Of a stretch of DNA of 64,000 bases, positions 19,297 through 28,582 are shown one piece after another. Position 1 is the stretch's first letter, and each line of letters opens with the position of its first letter. The notes beneath the pieces are model-generated. The model did no database searches and was not told the origin of the DNA. It worked only from the letters and a program-made list of their open reading frames with translations. A program made the position numbers and the translations under genes. Location: the NCBI GenBank assembly GCA_018221105.1, contig JAAOYA010000008.1, positions 259,244 to 323,243 on the forward strand, in the 5' to 3' direction. The stretch comes from Candidatus Woesearchaeota archaeon. GTDB taxonomy: Archaea; Nanobdellota; Nanobdellia; Woesearchaeales; JAAOYA01.

Positions 19297-19887
19297 CTTC
19301 TTTTCTTTTGTTTTTTGTCCTATTGTTTTTAGAATGTATGCTAGTTTGTTGATATAGGCTACCATTTCATGAATTTTTTCTTCCATTAATTGTGAGCGTT
19401 TATCAAAATCTATTAATTGTGATCTTATAGCGCTAAAGCTTGATTGTATGCCACCTTCTAAGACTTGTTCTTTTGCTAAAAGCTCGTCACGCAAGCGTTC
19501 CATCATATCATTGTCAAGTGTTGAAGTTTGTGCTTGCTGGCTTGAATTTAATTGTTCTCTAATTTTTTTAAAGTGCTCGCTTAATATAAGGAATTCTTTT
19601 TGTAAAATACTAATTTTTTGCTCTACTTTTATTAGTTCTTCTTGGTCAATACTTGGTTTCGCTGCTATTTGTTTTTTTTGCGCTAAAGTCTTTTTTAGGC
19701 CTAATAGTTTTTGCTCAAAGCCTGTTGGGTCTATTAAATCTTGGCTTACTGTAGTGTTTTGTGACTCTTGAGGGTCGTCAAGTTCTATAAGATCTGGAAG
19801 GTCTGGAAGGTATTCCATATCTGTAAAGTCTGTTCGGTCTCCTATCATGGCTGAGACGTCTTTGTTTACTGGGTTTTCGTTACTCAT
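19294..19887 (-). CDS. Hypothetical coiled-coil protein
   Basis: Acidic N-terminus followed by heptad-like E/K/Q/L helices; its stop codon overlaps the 5S 3' end. Confidence 0.75.
   Translation of the reverse strand: MSNENPVNKDVSAMIGDRTDFTDMEYLPDLPDLIELDDPQESQNTTVSQDLIDPTGFEQKLLGLKKTLAQKKQIAAKPSIDQEELIKVEQKISILQKEFLILSEHFKKIREQLNSSQQAQTSTLDNDMMERLRDELLAKEQVLEGGIQSSFSAIRSQLIDFDKRSQLMEEKIHEMVAYINKLAYILKTIGQKTKEKK
19297..19318 (+). terminator. Oligo-T terminator after 5S rRNA
   Basis: CTTCTTTTCTTTTGTTTTTTG immediately follows the 3' end. Confidence 0.5.
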
Positions 19888-20773
19888 TTTGCGCTGTCAT
19901 CATGCTTTCTATAAAACTTAGCACGTGATGAATTTTTTGTTTTGTGTCAATAGTTTCTAATTTTAGTTTTTTTACTTGTTTGTCTATTTCTTCGAGTGTT
20001 TGTGTTGTTTTAATTTCAAAAGTGTTGAATTCTTCACGGTTTACTGCTGCGCTGCCGCCTTCGGGACTTAGAGCTTTTTTTAGCTCGTCAACTTGGCTTT
20101 TCATCAATGTTATTTCTTGTGTGAATAATTCTTGTGCTTGTTGATTGTTTTGCAGCATTGTGTTTTCTAAATCCTTAAATGTTTCTTTTGTTACAACACT
20201 GTTTTGTAATTTGTCAAAAAATTCTTTTCTGACAACTTGTTCTTCGAGTGTTTCTAAGCGCCGACGAACACCTTCTGTTTCTGCAGTTCCAAGAGTTTGA
20301 TCTGGCAATGTTTGTTCAGTTGTCGGCATTGCTGTTATTTTTTGACCTTCTAGTTTATCGACTAGTTTTTCACCCCAAACAATCTTAGTTTTGACTTCTT
20401 CTTTAAATGTTAAGAATTCTTTGTCAATAGAGCTCATTCTTTTTGCAATATTTGACATTACTTGTTCGTGATCAGTAATTGATTGATTAGTGTTTGATAC
20501 TTTATCAGCAAGTATCTGTATTTGAGTTATTAATTGTTCGACGTCGCTTGCTAGTTTTGTGACGTCTTCTGAGCGCTCTAGCTTTTTTAATTGTATAGCA
20601 TGACCTTTTACCTGTTCTAATAATGCGTCGCCAACAATTTCTTGAGATTTATGTTTTTCTTTCAGTTCTCCTAACTCGTTTGTGACTTCACATTCCACGC
20701 ATTTTGTTGGAAAAGTAGCACTGAAACCTTTAGAGGTTTTTTCTTTTTGGTCCTTTTTCTTTACAGAAATAAT
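19880..20773 (-). CDS. Hypothetical coiled-coil protein, probable ATT start
   Basis: The frame stays open upstream of GTG 20698; a strong SD (GGGAGAGGTGA, 20778-20788) is followed by in-frame ATT ATT. Confidence 0.7.
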   Translation of the reverse strand: MISVKKKDQKEKTSKGFSATFPTKCVECEVTNELGELKEKHKSQEIVGDALLEQVKGHAIQLKKLERSEDVTKLASDVEQLITQIQILADKVSNTNQSITDHEQVMSNIAKRMSSIDKEFLTFKEEVKTKIVWGEKLVDKLEGQKITAMPTTEQTLPDQTLGTAETEGVRRRLETLEEQVVRKEFFDKLQNSVVTKETFKDLENTMLQNNQQAQELFTQEITLMKSQVDELKKALSPEGGSAAVNREEFNTFEIKTTQTLEEIDKQVKKLKLETIDTKQKIHHVLSFIESMMTAQNE

Positions 20774-20847
20774 CTTTTCACCTCTCCCACTTTTTTATAA
20801 TTGTATTGAATGGCGCATTTATATAGTTTTTGACAAAAACAGCATCT

Positions 20848-21738
20848 TTAAGCTTTGTTTTTTTGTATTTTTGCAATAAAAAATCCTTGTGTTTGTGTTT
20901 TCCAGGGCCATAGTCTTTTAGCATTTTTTAATTGTTTGTCATAATCTTGGTCTTTGAAGCTCGTTATGGCTTGTTCTCCGGGACTATTAAATGGTAATAA
21001 TGTTATATTGTGCTCTTTTAATATTTTGTTGATGACTGCTTCGTTTTCTTCAGGCTCTAAACTGCAAGTTGAGTAAACTAGTATTCCTTTAGGTTTTAAG
21101 CAATTGATTGCAGTGTTTATTAGTTGATACTGTACTCTTGCCATTCTTGTCAAATCATCAATTGTTGTTTTTTTAAACCAATCATCATCTATTAAATAAT
21201 TTCCAGTGCATGGAGCGTCCAGTAGTATTTTGTCAAATTCTAGTCCTAAATCAGTGGCGTGACGAGCGTCTTTTTGATAAATTATCACGTTAGAACAACT
21301 CAAACGTTCTAAATTGTTTTTTAGTGAGTGTAATCGTTTAGTGCTAGTATCCATTGCTATTATTTGGCCTTGATTGTTCATCAATTGTGATAATTGTGTT
21401 GTTTTGCTACCAGGTGCTGCTGCCATGTCAAGAACTAAATCGGTTGGTTTTGGGTCTAATACTTGTGCTGGAATTTGGCTGGCTGCTTCTTGCAAGTAAT
21501 AATGGCCTTGTAAGTATTGTTGTGTTGCGCCAAGAGAAAAATTTGCACTATAATAATAACCGTTTGTCAAATAGGATATCTTTTCTAGTTTCACACCTTT
21601 TTTTTCTAGTTGGCGCACAATTTTTTGCTCGCTTGTTTTTAATGTGTTAACACGCAGTGAAGGTTTAAGAGTTATTGGCATGTATTGTTGTCCTAGCTCT
21701 TCGTAGCGTTTAATAAAATTATTTTTTGTCTTTCGCAT
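20848..21738 (-). CDS. RsmB/NOP2/Sun family RNA cytosine-5 methyltransferase
   Basis: QEAASQ, DMAAAPGSKT, DAPCTG, YSTCS..PEENE, GFFIA. Confidence 0.95.
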   Translation of the reverse strand: MRKTKNNFIKRYEELGQQYMPITLKPSLRVNTLKTSEQKIVRQLEKKGVKLEKISYLTNGYYYSANFSLGATQQYLQGHYYLQEAASQIPAQVLDPKPTDLVLDMAAAPGSKTTQLSQLMNNQGQIIAMDTSTKRLHSLKNNLERLSCSNVIIYQKDARHATDLGLEFDKILLDAPCTGNYLIDDDWFKKTTIDDLTRMARVQYQLINTAINCLKPKGILVYSTCSLEPEENEAVINKILKEHNITLLPFNSPGEQAITSFKDQDYDKQLKNAKRLWPWKTQTQGFFIAKIQKNKA

Positions 21739-22243
21739 TGTTCACTAATTGATTGATAAAAGCAGTGCTGTTTTCCAGATTGTCAACGTAGCGCAGCACT
21801 ATCTTGTTTTCTTTACCTGTTAATTCAATTATTATCCTGCCAAGATCTAATAACTTGGTAGTTTTTTCATAGTAGACTCTTGAAATATTTTGATAATCAA
21901 TTTTTTGTTCTACTCTTGCAATAAAACCTTCTTCAAATGTTAAGTGATCTTCATAAAATAAGTATTCTTCACGCAGTATCATCAAATAATTAATAAGCAA
22001 TACTATCACTGCAGGTATTGTCAAGTGAAAAATTGTTTCTCCTACTTGGTCAAAGAAAGGTTGTGGTATGTCTTTAGAAAAAGTCAGTATGAACTCTACA
22101 ACATCAAATCCTGCCAAGTAATTAATCCAAGGGATTGCCAAAGCTATCACTAGAAAAAATAATGATATTTTTAGTAAAAGATATGAAAAAACTAGCACTT
22201 TGTGAGGTTTTATTATTTTTATGACATCTTTTTGTTCTTTCAT
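21719..22243 (-). CDS. Membrane protein with bacterial-type PH domain
   Basis: Two TM helices, then Y.F..D.L..EEGF.....I.Y.NI..V...LGRI.I. Confidence 0.7.
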   Translation of the reverse strand: MKEQKDVIKIIKPHKVLVFSYLLLKISLFFLVIALAIPWINYLAGFDVVEFILTFSKDIPQPFFDQVGETIFHLTIPAVIVLLINYLMILREEYLFYEDHLTFEEGFIARVEQKIDYQNISRVYYEKTTKLLDLGRIIIELTGKENKIVLRYVDNLENSTAFINQLVNNAKDKK

Positions 22244-23328
22244 CTTAGTTTAAAGTTTAACTCTTTTGTTTTCTCGTTGATTTTAACGTTTTTTGATTGT
22301 AATTGTTTTTTTAGCTCTTCCCATTTTGGTGTTTTAATGTTTTTTTGTATTAGTGCAAGTATTTCTTTTATTTTTTGGTATTCTTCATATAATTTATTGG
22401 CTTTTTTTTCTTCTATTACTGCTTGTTTTTCTAGTTCTACTATTCTTTTTTGTTGGCGCTCTAGTACTTGTTTTGCTTTTGTTAGTTTTTGGTTTTGATT
22501 TTTTTGTGTTTGCTCTGCTTTTTTTGTTAGTTCTTTGACTGTTATGTTCTCATCGAGTGCTTGGCTGAAAGTCTCATAAGAGCTTACTAGTTTTTGACTC
22601 TTTAAACTTATCGGGCTGATAGTCTTTTCGGTTTTTCGAGGTTTTAGTTTTTCTTTGAGGAGTTTTTGCAATTCTAAAAAAAGTTTTTTTATTTGCGCAG
22701 GAGTGCTTTTTTTTGTTGTCTTGTCAATTTTTGCTCTATCGCATAATTCTTCAGCGTACAAGCCTCCTAATGCTAGGTCTATGGCTAGTGTTTTTACAAT
22801 GCTGTCCTTATCTGAAGAAACTATTATTTTTTGAAAGTTCTTCTCGTCTAACTCTAAGGTATTATGAGCTAGTTTAGGATGAATGTAGTCTATGTTTGGC
22901 CTTACTGTTCTATCTTTCCACTTTTTTAATTGATATGCGCTAAAAATCTTTTCGTTTTTTAAAAGTAAAAGGTTTCCTGGAGCGAAAAGCTCTAAGACTA
23001 ATGTTAAAGGCTCGTTTTTTGTTTCAACAACTATTTTTATTATTCTCTCAAAATCAACTTGTTCGATTTTTTGTATTCTAGCATTAGTTAGGTGTTTTCG
23101 TAAAAACATGCAAAATCCTGATGGCTGCTCAAAGTTTGGCTTGTACTCTGAAAGATATACTATACTTGGAAATTGCACTTTTAGAAAGGTTTTTGGCTTA
23201 CCAGTAATGTGTAGTTGAAAGTAGAATAGGTCTTTTTCTTGGTATATTTTATTAATTTTTGCGTTTTTTAGGCTTTGCAGTTCTTTTACTAAATAATATA
23301 TGTCTAAGCTTGAAAGTTCGTTTTTCAT
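22240..23328 (-). CDS. NFACT/Rqc2 (RqcH) N-terminal portion
   Basis: LSSLD, FCMFLRKHL, EQVDFERI, ELF..GN, HhH motif LGGLYAEE; ends within the coiled coil, no NFACT-R or NFACT-C. Confidence 0.88.
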   Translation of the reverse strand: MKNELSSLDIYYLVKELQSLKNAKINKIYQEKDLFYFQLHITGKPKTFLKVQFPSIVYLSEYKPNFEQPSGFCMFLRKHLTNARIQKIEQVDFERIIKIVVETKNEPLTLVLELFAPGNLLLLKNEKIFSAYQLKKWKDRTVRPNIDYIHPKLAHNTLELDEKNFQKIIVSSDKDSIVKTLAIDLALGGLYAEELCDRAKIDKTTKKSTPAQIKKLFLELQKLLKEKLKPRKTEKTISPISLKSQKLVSSYETFSQALDENITVKELTKKAEQTQKNQNQKLTKAKQVLERQQKRIVELEKQAVIEEKKANKLYEEYQKIKEILALIQKNIKTPKWEELKKQLQSKNVKINEKTKELNFKLR

Positions 23329-23394
23329 AAAATAAAAAAAACCAGTGTGTTTATTTAAAATTAGTGAAAAAAACAGAATAAAAAAAGGTTTTGT

Positions 23395-24909
23395 TTAGTT
23401 TTCAAGAAGTTTTTCAATGACTACTCTAAATTCTGCTTCTTCTGCGTCTAAATCGTTTTGTTGCTCGTAACCATTGCCTAACCTGATATACTTGCAGCCA
23501 AAAACAAAGGTTGGAACTCCGCCACGAGGGTTATACTTTTGAAATAATTGTTGCTCCTCAACGGATACTGTAGTTTCAACAATGCTTGTTAAAGTGTCGT
23601 CTTTGGTGTCAAGCTCCCAATGATAAGCAGTAATCAACCCTTGATCTACGTACTCGCTGACAGTCCGATCAAAAGTTTTTTGTATCCACTTACAGTGAGG
23701 ACACCAAGTAGTACTAAACAATCGAACAATAGGCTTTCCTAGCTCGTCAACACAAATTTCTTCGCCTGTATCCTCAAATGTTGTAATCTCCGTAATTTTA
23801 ATTGTGTCATCTGTTTGCCCTGTTTTTTGAGCGCCATATTTGATTGTTGCTTTCTCTCTTAAGTCTTCAATATACTGAGTGTATTCGCTTTGTTGTTTTT
23901 GTGCTCTGACTTGTTCTATGATAAAGTCTTGAACTTCGCTTAATGCTTGCAGTCCAGCAGGAACCTTATCATTAACAATTATTAAGTGATAGCCAAACTG
24001 TGTCTCTACAACATCACTAACCTCTCCGACTTCTAATTCGAATGCTGTTGTTTCAAACTCTGGCACCATAGCGCCACGACCAAAAAATCCTAAGTCTCCG
24101 CCGTTAGGACCGCTTGGCCCTGTTGAATGTTCTTTTGCAAGTTCTGCAAAATTTTCACTTGTCGCCTCATCTTTTAGCTCGTTGATTTGTGCTAGTGCAT
24201 CAACTTGACTTATTGTACTCTGACAGTTTAATGCTCCCTCATAACAGATTAAAATATGTGAAGCTTTGACTTGCTCGTCTTTTAAGAATTGCTGAGCGTT
24301 TTGCGTGTAAAAATCTTGGATTTCTTGAGCTGTCACTTCAATAGTTGGCAGCAAAGTCTTGTTTAATAATTTTGTAAATAACAAGTTTTTATAGTAAAAA
24401 TCTTGCAAGAATTCAAGTGAGAGGTTTTGATCTTTTAGTGCTGCCTCAAAAGCTTCATCAGTTTCAAAACCGCTTGTTTGGCGTGCTACTTGCATTACTT
24501 GATCAACTTCTGATTGGCTTATTGTCACGTCCTGACTTGCTGCTTCCTGAATTAATAATTCTTCGTCAATTAATTGTTGTAATACTACTGATTCATTAAC
24601 AAAGGCAAGGTACTCTGGAGGTATTCTGACAAGTTGCTCGCTGACTTGCTGAGTAGTTATTGCTTTTCCGTTAACTGTTGCGGCAACATTATCTTCTTTG
24701 ATAAAAAGATTGTTTTGTCCTAATAGAAACCATGCAATAACAGCGATTGTTATTAGTATTGCAATAGTGATGATTTTTTGTTTGTTGTCAGTTAGTTTTT
24801 GTAGTTTTTTCTTGCCAACAATTTTTGTTTTTGTTGATCTTTTTGACTGACTTTTTGACTTTTTGATTGTTTTTTTGCTGATTTTTTTCTTAATTGTTTT
24901 TTTTGCCAT
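23395..24909 (-). CDS. Membrane-anchored SurA/PrsA-type parvulin PPIase fused to a thioredoxin-like domain
   Basis: Basic N-terminus and TM, AATVNG..I (SurA_N), ASHILI, GGDLG.F.RG.MVPEFE, TQFGYHLI, then TTWCPHC and GVPTF. Confidence 0.9.
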   Translation of the reverse strand: MAKKTIKKKISKKTIKKSKSQSKRSTKTKIVGKKKLQKLTDNKQKIITIAILITIAVIAWFLLGQNNLFIKEDNVAATVNGKAITTQQVSEQLVRIPPEYLAFVNESVVLQQLIDEELLIQEAASQDVTISQSEVDQVMQVARQTSGFETDEAFEAALKDQNLSLEFLQDFYYKNLLFTKLLNKTLLPTIEVTAQEIQDFYTQNAQQFLKDEQVKASHILICYEGALNCQSTISQVDALAQINELKDEATSENFAELAKEHSTGPSGPNGGDLGFFGRGAMVPEFETTAFELEVGEVSDVVETQFGYHLIIVNDKVPAGLQALSEVQDFIIEQVRAQKQQSEYTQYIEDLREKATIKYGAQKTGQTDDTIKITEITTFEDTGEEICVDELGKPIVRLFSTTWCPHCKWIQKTFDRTVSEYVDQGLITAYHWELDTKDDTLTSIVETTVSVEEQQLFQKYNPRGGVPTFVFGCKYIRLGNGYEQQNDLDAEEAEFRVVIEKLLEN

Positions 24910-24981
24910 TAATACCCCTCAAACCTTTTTATCAAGCCTATGATAACTTATTTATAAAACTTTGGACTTATTTAAACTAAA

Positions 24982-25341
24982 TTATAGCTCTACAAGCTCT
25001 GTACCGCTGCTTGTTACGAGTCTTATTGCAAGGCCTAATTTTAAAAGAGCGCTTAGTAGTGCCATGTGTTCTTTGCCACTACCCGAGATTATGTTTAAAG
25101 CCACTTCAACGCCACTAACTTTATTTTTTAGTTGTTCATAATATTTTTGTGCCAGTTTTTCTATAGGTATTGCAGTATCATTAATTATTATGAGCTCACA
25201 ACGATCATTTGGCGTGAATTTCTCTTTTCCGAAATCATTAGTTACAAGAATTATTTTTTTGAACTCAGCATGTTTTATTAAATCATAAAGTTGTGCCCAA
25301 CTACCCTTGCCTGTTGATACAATACTTACTAGTGTTGTCAT
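24982..25341 (-). CDS. Conserved hypothetical protein, possible CARF-like Rossmann fold
   Basis: Strand plus STGKG at the N-terminus and VALNIISGSGKEHMAL motif. Confidence 0.65.
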   Translation of the reverse strand: MTTLVSIVSTGKGSWAQLYDLIKHAEFKKIILVTNDFGKEKFTPNDRCELIIINDTAIPIEKLAQKYYEQLKNKVSGVEVALNIISGSGKEHMALLSALLKLGLAIRLVTSSGTELVEL

Positions 25342-25378
25342 TTTAAATCATGTTAGAACACAGAATATAAAAAAGTTT

Positions 25379-25507
25379 TTAATGGTTGCCGCAACCCCTG
25401 CAAGCCATGCAAGACGGACTTGTCAAGTCTACCATTTGATGACCACAGCACTCACCGCTTTTTTTGCTGACTTTGCCACAAACCTCGCACCGAAATGATT
25501 TTTCCAT
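25379..25507 (-). CDS. Cys-rich microprotein (42 aa; absent from ORF track)
   Basis: MEKSFRCEVCGKVSKKSGECCGHQMVDLTSPSCMACRGCGNH, with GGAGGA SD directly upstream. Confidence 0.8.
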   Translation of the reverse strand: MEKSFRCEVCGKVSKKSGECCGHQMVDLTSPSCMACRGCGNH

Positions 25508-25560
25508 AGTGATTCCTCCAATAACAATTTGTGGTAACTCACTATTCTTTTTAAAAGTTT

Positions 25561-25749
25561 CTAGTTTACAAAATTTTGAATGCTTCTGTCATAAGTTGCT
25601 TCTTTTAGTGGACTAAAATAGCATGCTGGTAGTTCACCGCGTTTTTTATGGTAGTCAATGCATTCACAACAAGTTCCTTTTCTAGGGCATGGCTCGTATG
25701 TGCAATTACATTTTTCTAAATTTTCATTTTTGTTGTTGCAGTGCGTCAT
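25561..25749 (-). CDS. Small Cys-rich protein, DUF6485-like
   Basis: C.C.Y..C.RKG.CC.CI.YH....ELPAC.F....E..YDRS pattern. Confidence 0.82.
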   Translation of the reverse strand: MTHCNNKNENLEKCNCTYEPCPRKGTCCECIDYHKKRGELPACYFSPLKEATYDRSIQNFVN

Positions 25750-25862
25750 AATAACTTATTTTTTAGTGATTATTATTTAAAAAAGTGTTCTTTTGACTGG
25801 CTAAAAGTTTAAATATAAGATAGCTGTTTGGCTTATCAGTTAAAACGTGGAGGGACACAATT

Positions 25863-27899
25863 ATGAATTTAATCATCATTGCACCAATAGCTTGCATTAT
25901 GGCATTGGTTTTTGCTGGAATTCTTAGCAAAAAAATCATTTCAAAAACTCCTGGCAACACTAAAATTAAAGAGGTAAGTGATGCTATTAGTAAAGGAGCG
26001 ATAACTTTTCTTAAAAGCGAGTACAAAATACTAGTATTTTTTGTGATAATATTAAGTGTTATTATAGGATTATTGTTGGACAATCCAACAACAATTATCA
26101 ATGAAGGTTGGTATACTAGCGCCAGTTTTGTAATTGGAGCTTTTTGCAGTGCGACAGCAGGTTTTATTGGAATGAAAATTGCAACAAAAGCCAATAGTCG
26201 AACAGCTAATGCTGCTCGCAAAAGCTTGGGCGCTGCGCTAACTATTGCTTTTAGTAGTGGTGCTGTTTTAGGGCTTAGTGTTGTTGGGCTTGGACTTTTA
26301 GGTTTACTAGTGCTTTTTTACTTGTTTACAATAATTCTTAACCTTGAACCAGCGTTGGCTGTTGAACTGATTACTGGTTTTGGTCTTGGAGCGTCATCGA
26401 TTGCTTTGTTTGCTCGTGTTGGCGGCGGAATTTACACTAAAGCTGCTGATATTGGAGCCGACCTTGTTGGAAAAGTCGAGAGTGATATCAATGAAGATGA
26501 CCCTCGTAACCCTGCAGTGATTGCTGATAATGTAGGAGACAATGTTGGAGATGTTGCTGGAATGGGGGCTGACCTTTTTGAAAGCTATGTTGGAAGTATT
26601 ATTGCAGCAATGATTTTGGGAATGCTAGTTTTTGGCATTAAAGGTTTAGAATTGCCGCTTTTAATAGCTGCTAGCGGTATTGTTGCATCGATTATTGGCA
26701 ATTATTTTGTAAAAGTAAAAAATGGTGGTAGCATTCATACTGCACTGCGCAAAGGCTTGTGGGTTTCAAGCGCGATAGTAATAGTATTATCGTACGTGTT
26801 TACTTATTTATTATTGCCAAAACTTAATTATTTAGGGGTCTTTATTGCTATTATTGCAGGACTCATCTCTGGAATACTAATAGGATTATTAACAGAGTAT
26901 TACACCAGTGCAGATTATACGCCAACAAAAAAACTTTCGCAAAGCTCAGAAACTGGTGCTGCAACAAACATTATTACTGGTCTAGCTTTAGGCTATGAGA
27001 GCACTGCACTGCCAATACTTGTACTATCAATCGGTATTTACACAGCATATTATTTTGCTGGAATTTATGGTATTGCAATAGCTGCTGTTGGAATGCTTTC
27101 AACTCTCGGTATTAGTCTGGCGGTTGACGCTTATGGTCCTGTGGCTGATAATGCTGGCGGAATTGCACAAATGGCAGGTCTTGGTGATAGTGTTAGAAAA
27201 AAAACTGATATTTTAGATTCTGCAGGCAACACTACTGCTGCTATTGGTAAAGGTTTTGCTATAGGCAGCGCTGCACTAACAGCTTTAGCATTATTTAGTG
27301 CTTTTAGTAAAGCCGCTGATTTGAGTACAATCAACATTACTAACCCTTTAACTATTATAGGACTATTGTTGGGCGCTATGCTGCCATTTTTGTTTAGCAG
27401 TCTCACAATGAGAGCTGTCGGAAGAGCTGCTTTTAGCATGATAGAAGAAGTTAGAAGACAATTTCGTGAGATTGAAGGATTATTAGAAGGTCACGCACAG
27501 CCCGATTATGAGCGTTGCGTTAGAATATCAACTAATGCTGCGCTTAAAGAAATGATTTTGCCGGGGCTTTTGGCTATTAGCGCTCCAATAATCGCTGGTT
27601 TAGTATTAGGCCTTGAAGCTCTTGGCGGATTACTGGCAGGAGCACTAGTAAGCGGTGTCTTACTAGCTATCAGCATGGCTAACTCTGGAGGAGCTTGGGA
27701 TAACGCAAAAAAATATATTGAAGCTGGAGCTCATGGTGGCAAGGGCACTGACACGCACAAAGCAGCAATTGTTGGCGATACTGTTGGCGATCCATTCAAA
27801 GACACTAGCGGCCCATCAATTAATATTTTGATAAAATTGATGAGCATTGTTTCACTAGTTTTCGTGCCATTATTTTTGGCTTTTGGAAGCTTGTTATAA
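25863..27899 (+). CDS. hppA: Membrane-bound pyrophosphatase, K+-dependent, probably Na+-translocating
   Basis: [41 protein letters not shown] (K+-dependent signature), [14 protein letters not shown]. Confidence 0.96.
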   Translation: MNLIIIAPIACIMALVFAGILSKKIISKTPGNTKIKEVSDAISKGAITFLKSEYKILVFFVIILSVIIGLLLDNPTTIINEGWYTSASFVIGAFCSATAGFIGMKIATKANSRTANAARKSLGAALTIAFSSGAVLGLSVVGLGLLGLLVLFYLFTIILNLEPALAVELITGFGLGASSIALFARVGGGIYTKAADIGADLVGKVESDINEDDPRNPAVIADNVGDNVGDVAGMGADLFESYVGSIIAAMILGMLVFGIKGLELPLLIAASGIVASIIGNYFVKVKNGGSIHTALRKGLWVSSAIVIVLSYVFTYLLLPKLNYLGVFIAIIAGLISGILIGLLTEYYTSADYTPTKKLSQSSETGAATNIITGLALGYESTALPILVLSIGIYTAYYFAGIYGIAIAAVGMLSTLGISLAVDAYGPVADNAGGIAQMAGLGDSVRKKTDILDSAGNTTAAIGKGFAIGSAALTALALFSAFSKAADLSTINITNPLTIIGLLLGAMLPFLFSSLTMRAVGRAAFSMIEEVRRQFREIEGLLEGHAQPDYERCVRISTNAALKEMILPGLLAISAPIIAGLVLGLEALGGLLAGALVSGVLLAISMANSGGAWDNAKKYIEAGAHGGKGTDTHKAAIVGDTVGDPFKDTSGPSINILIKLMSIVSLVFVPLFLAFGSLL

Positions 27900-27936
27900 T
27901 TTATTTTTTTGTTTTTGATTCGTTTTTCATTTTTTT
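27900..27936 (+). terminator. Oligo-T terminator after hppA
   Basis: Several T5-T7 runs directly after the stop codon. Confidence 0.55.
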
Positions 27937-27975
27937 GACAATATTTTTATAAAGAATTAATAAATTGTAAGTTTA

Positions 27976-28548
27976 ATGATTTTTACAAGCGGCGAACTAG
28001 TAGACCTTGTCATCATGGTGCTAGCTATTGGTTTTATTTTTTCAAAGGTTTTTGGCAGGCGACCAGCAAGCACAGAGTATGATCCTCTTGTAGACTATCA
28101 AAAAAACCAGTTTTTCGAAGATTTAAAGTATGGAATCATACTAGCGGCTCCAGCTGTTGTATTGCACGAATTCGCTCATAAATTTGTAGCGATGAGTTTT
28201 GGAGCTCAAGCGTTTTTGCAAGCTCCAATAATGTGGTACGCTATAGCAATACTTTTGATATTGTTTAATGCGCCAATAATTTTTTTTGTTGGTGGACAAG
28301 TATCAGTAGTTGGTAATTTAACACCTTTTAATTACGCGCTAGTTGCGCTGGCAGGACCATTTACTAATTTAGTGTTATGGATTATTATTTCTAAATGGGT
28401 TGTCAAACAAAAGTTTGCACAAAAAAATCTTCAATTGTGGACTATGATGGGAAAGCTTAACATGTTCTTGTTTGTTTTTAACATGATACCACTGCCTGGT
28501 TTTGACGGTTGGAATTTTGTTGTAGGACTTTTCCAAACAATTTTTTAA
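27976..28548 (+). CDS. Site-2 (M50 family) intramembrane metalloprotease
   Basis: HEFAH, AGP..N, NMIPLPGFDG. Confidence 0.9.
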   Translation: MIFTSGELVDLVIMVLAIGFIFSKVFGRRPASTEYDPLVDYQKNQFFEDLKYGIILAAPAVVLHEFAHKFVAMSFGAQAFLQAPIMWYAIAILLILFNAPIIFFVGGQVSVVGNLTPFNYALVALAGPFTNLVLWIIISKWVVKQKFAQKNLQLWTMMGKLNMFLFVFNMIPLPGFDGWNFVVGLFQTIF

Positions 28549-28582
28549 ATTGTTTAAAGAAATATTTTATTTTTCGAAAATG

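Noticed and set aside
19103-19297. 64-aa minus-strand ORF
   Set aside because: It is antisense to the 5S rRNA.
25763-26221. 152-aa minus-strand ORF and similar ORFs opposite hppA and secD
   Set aside because: Antisense shadows of well-supported genes.
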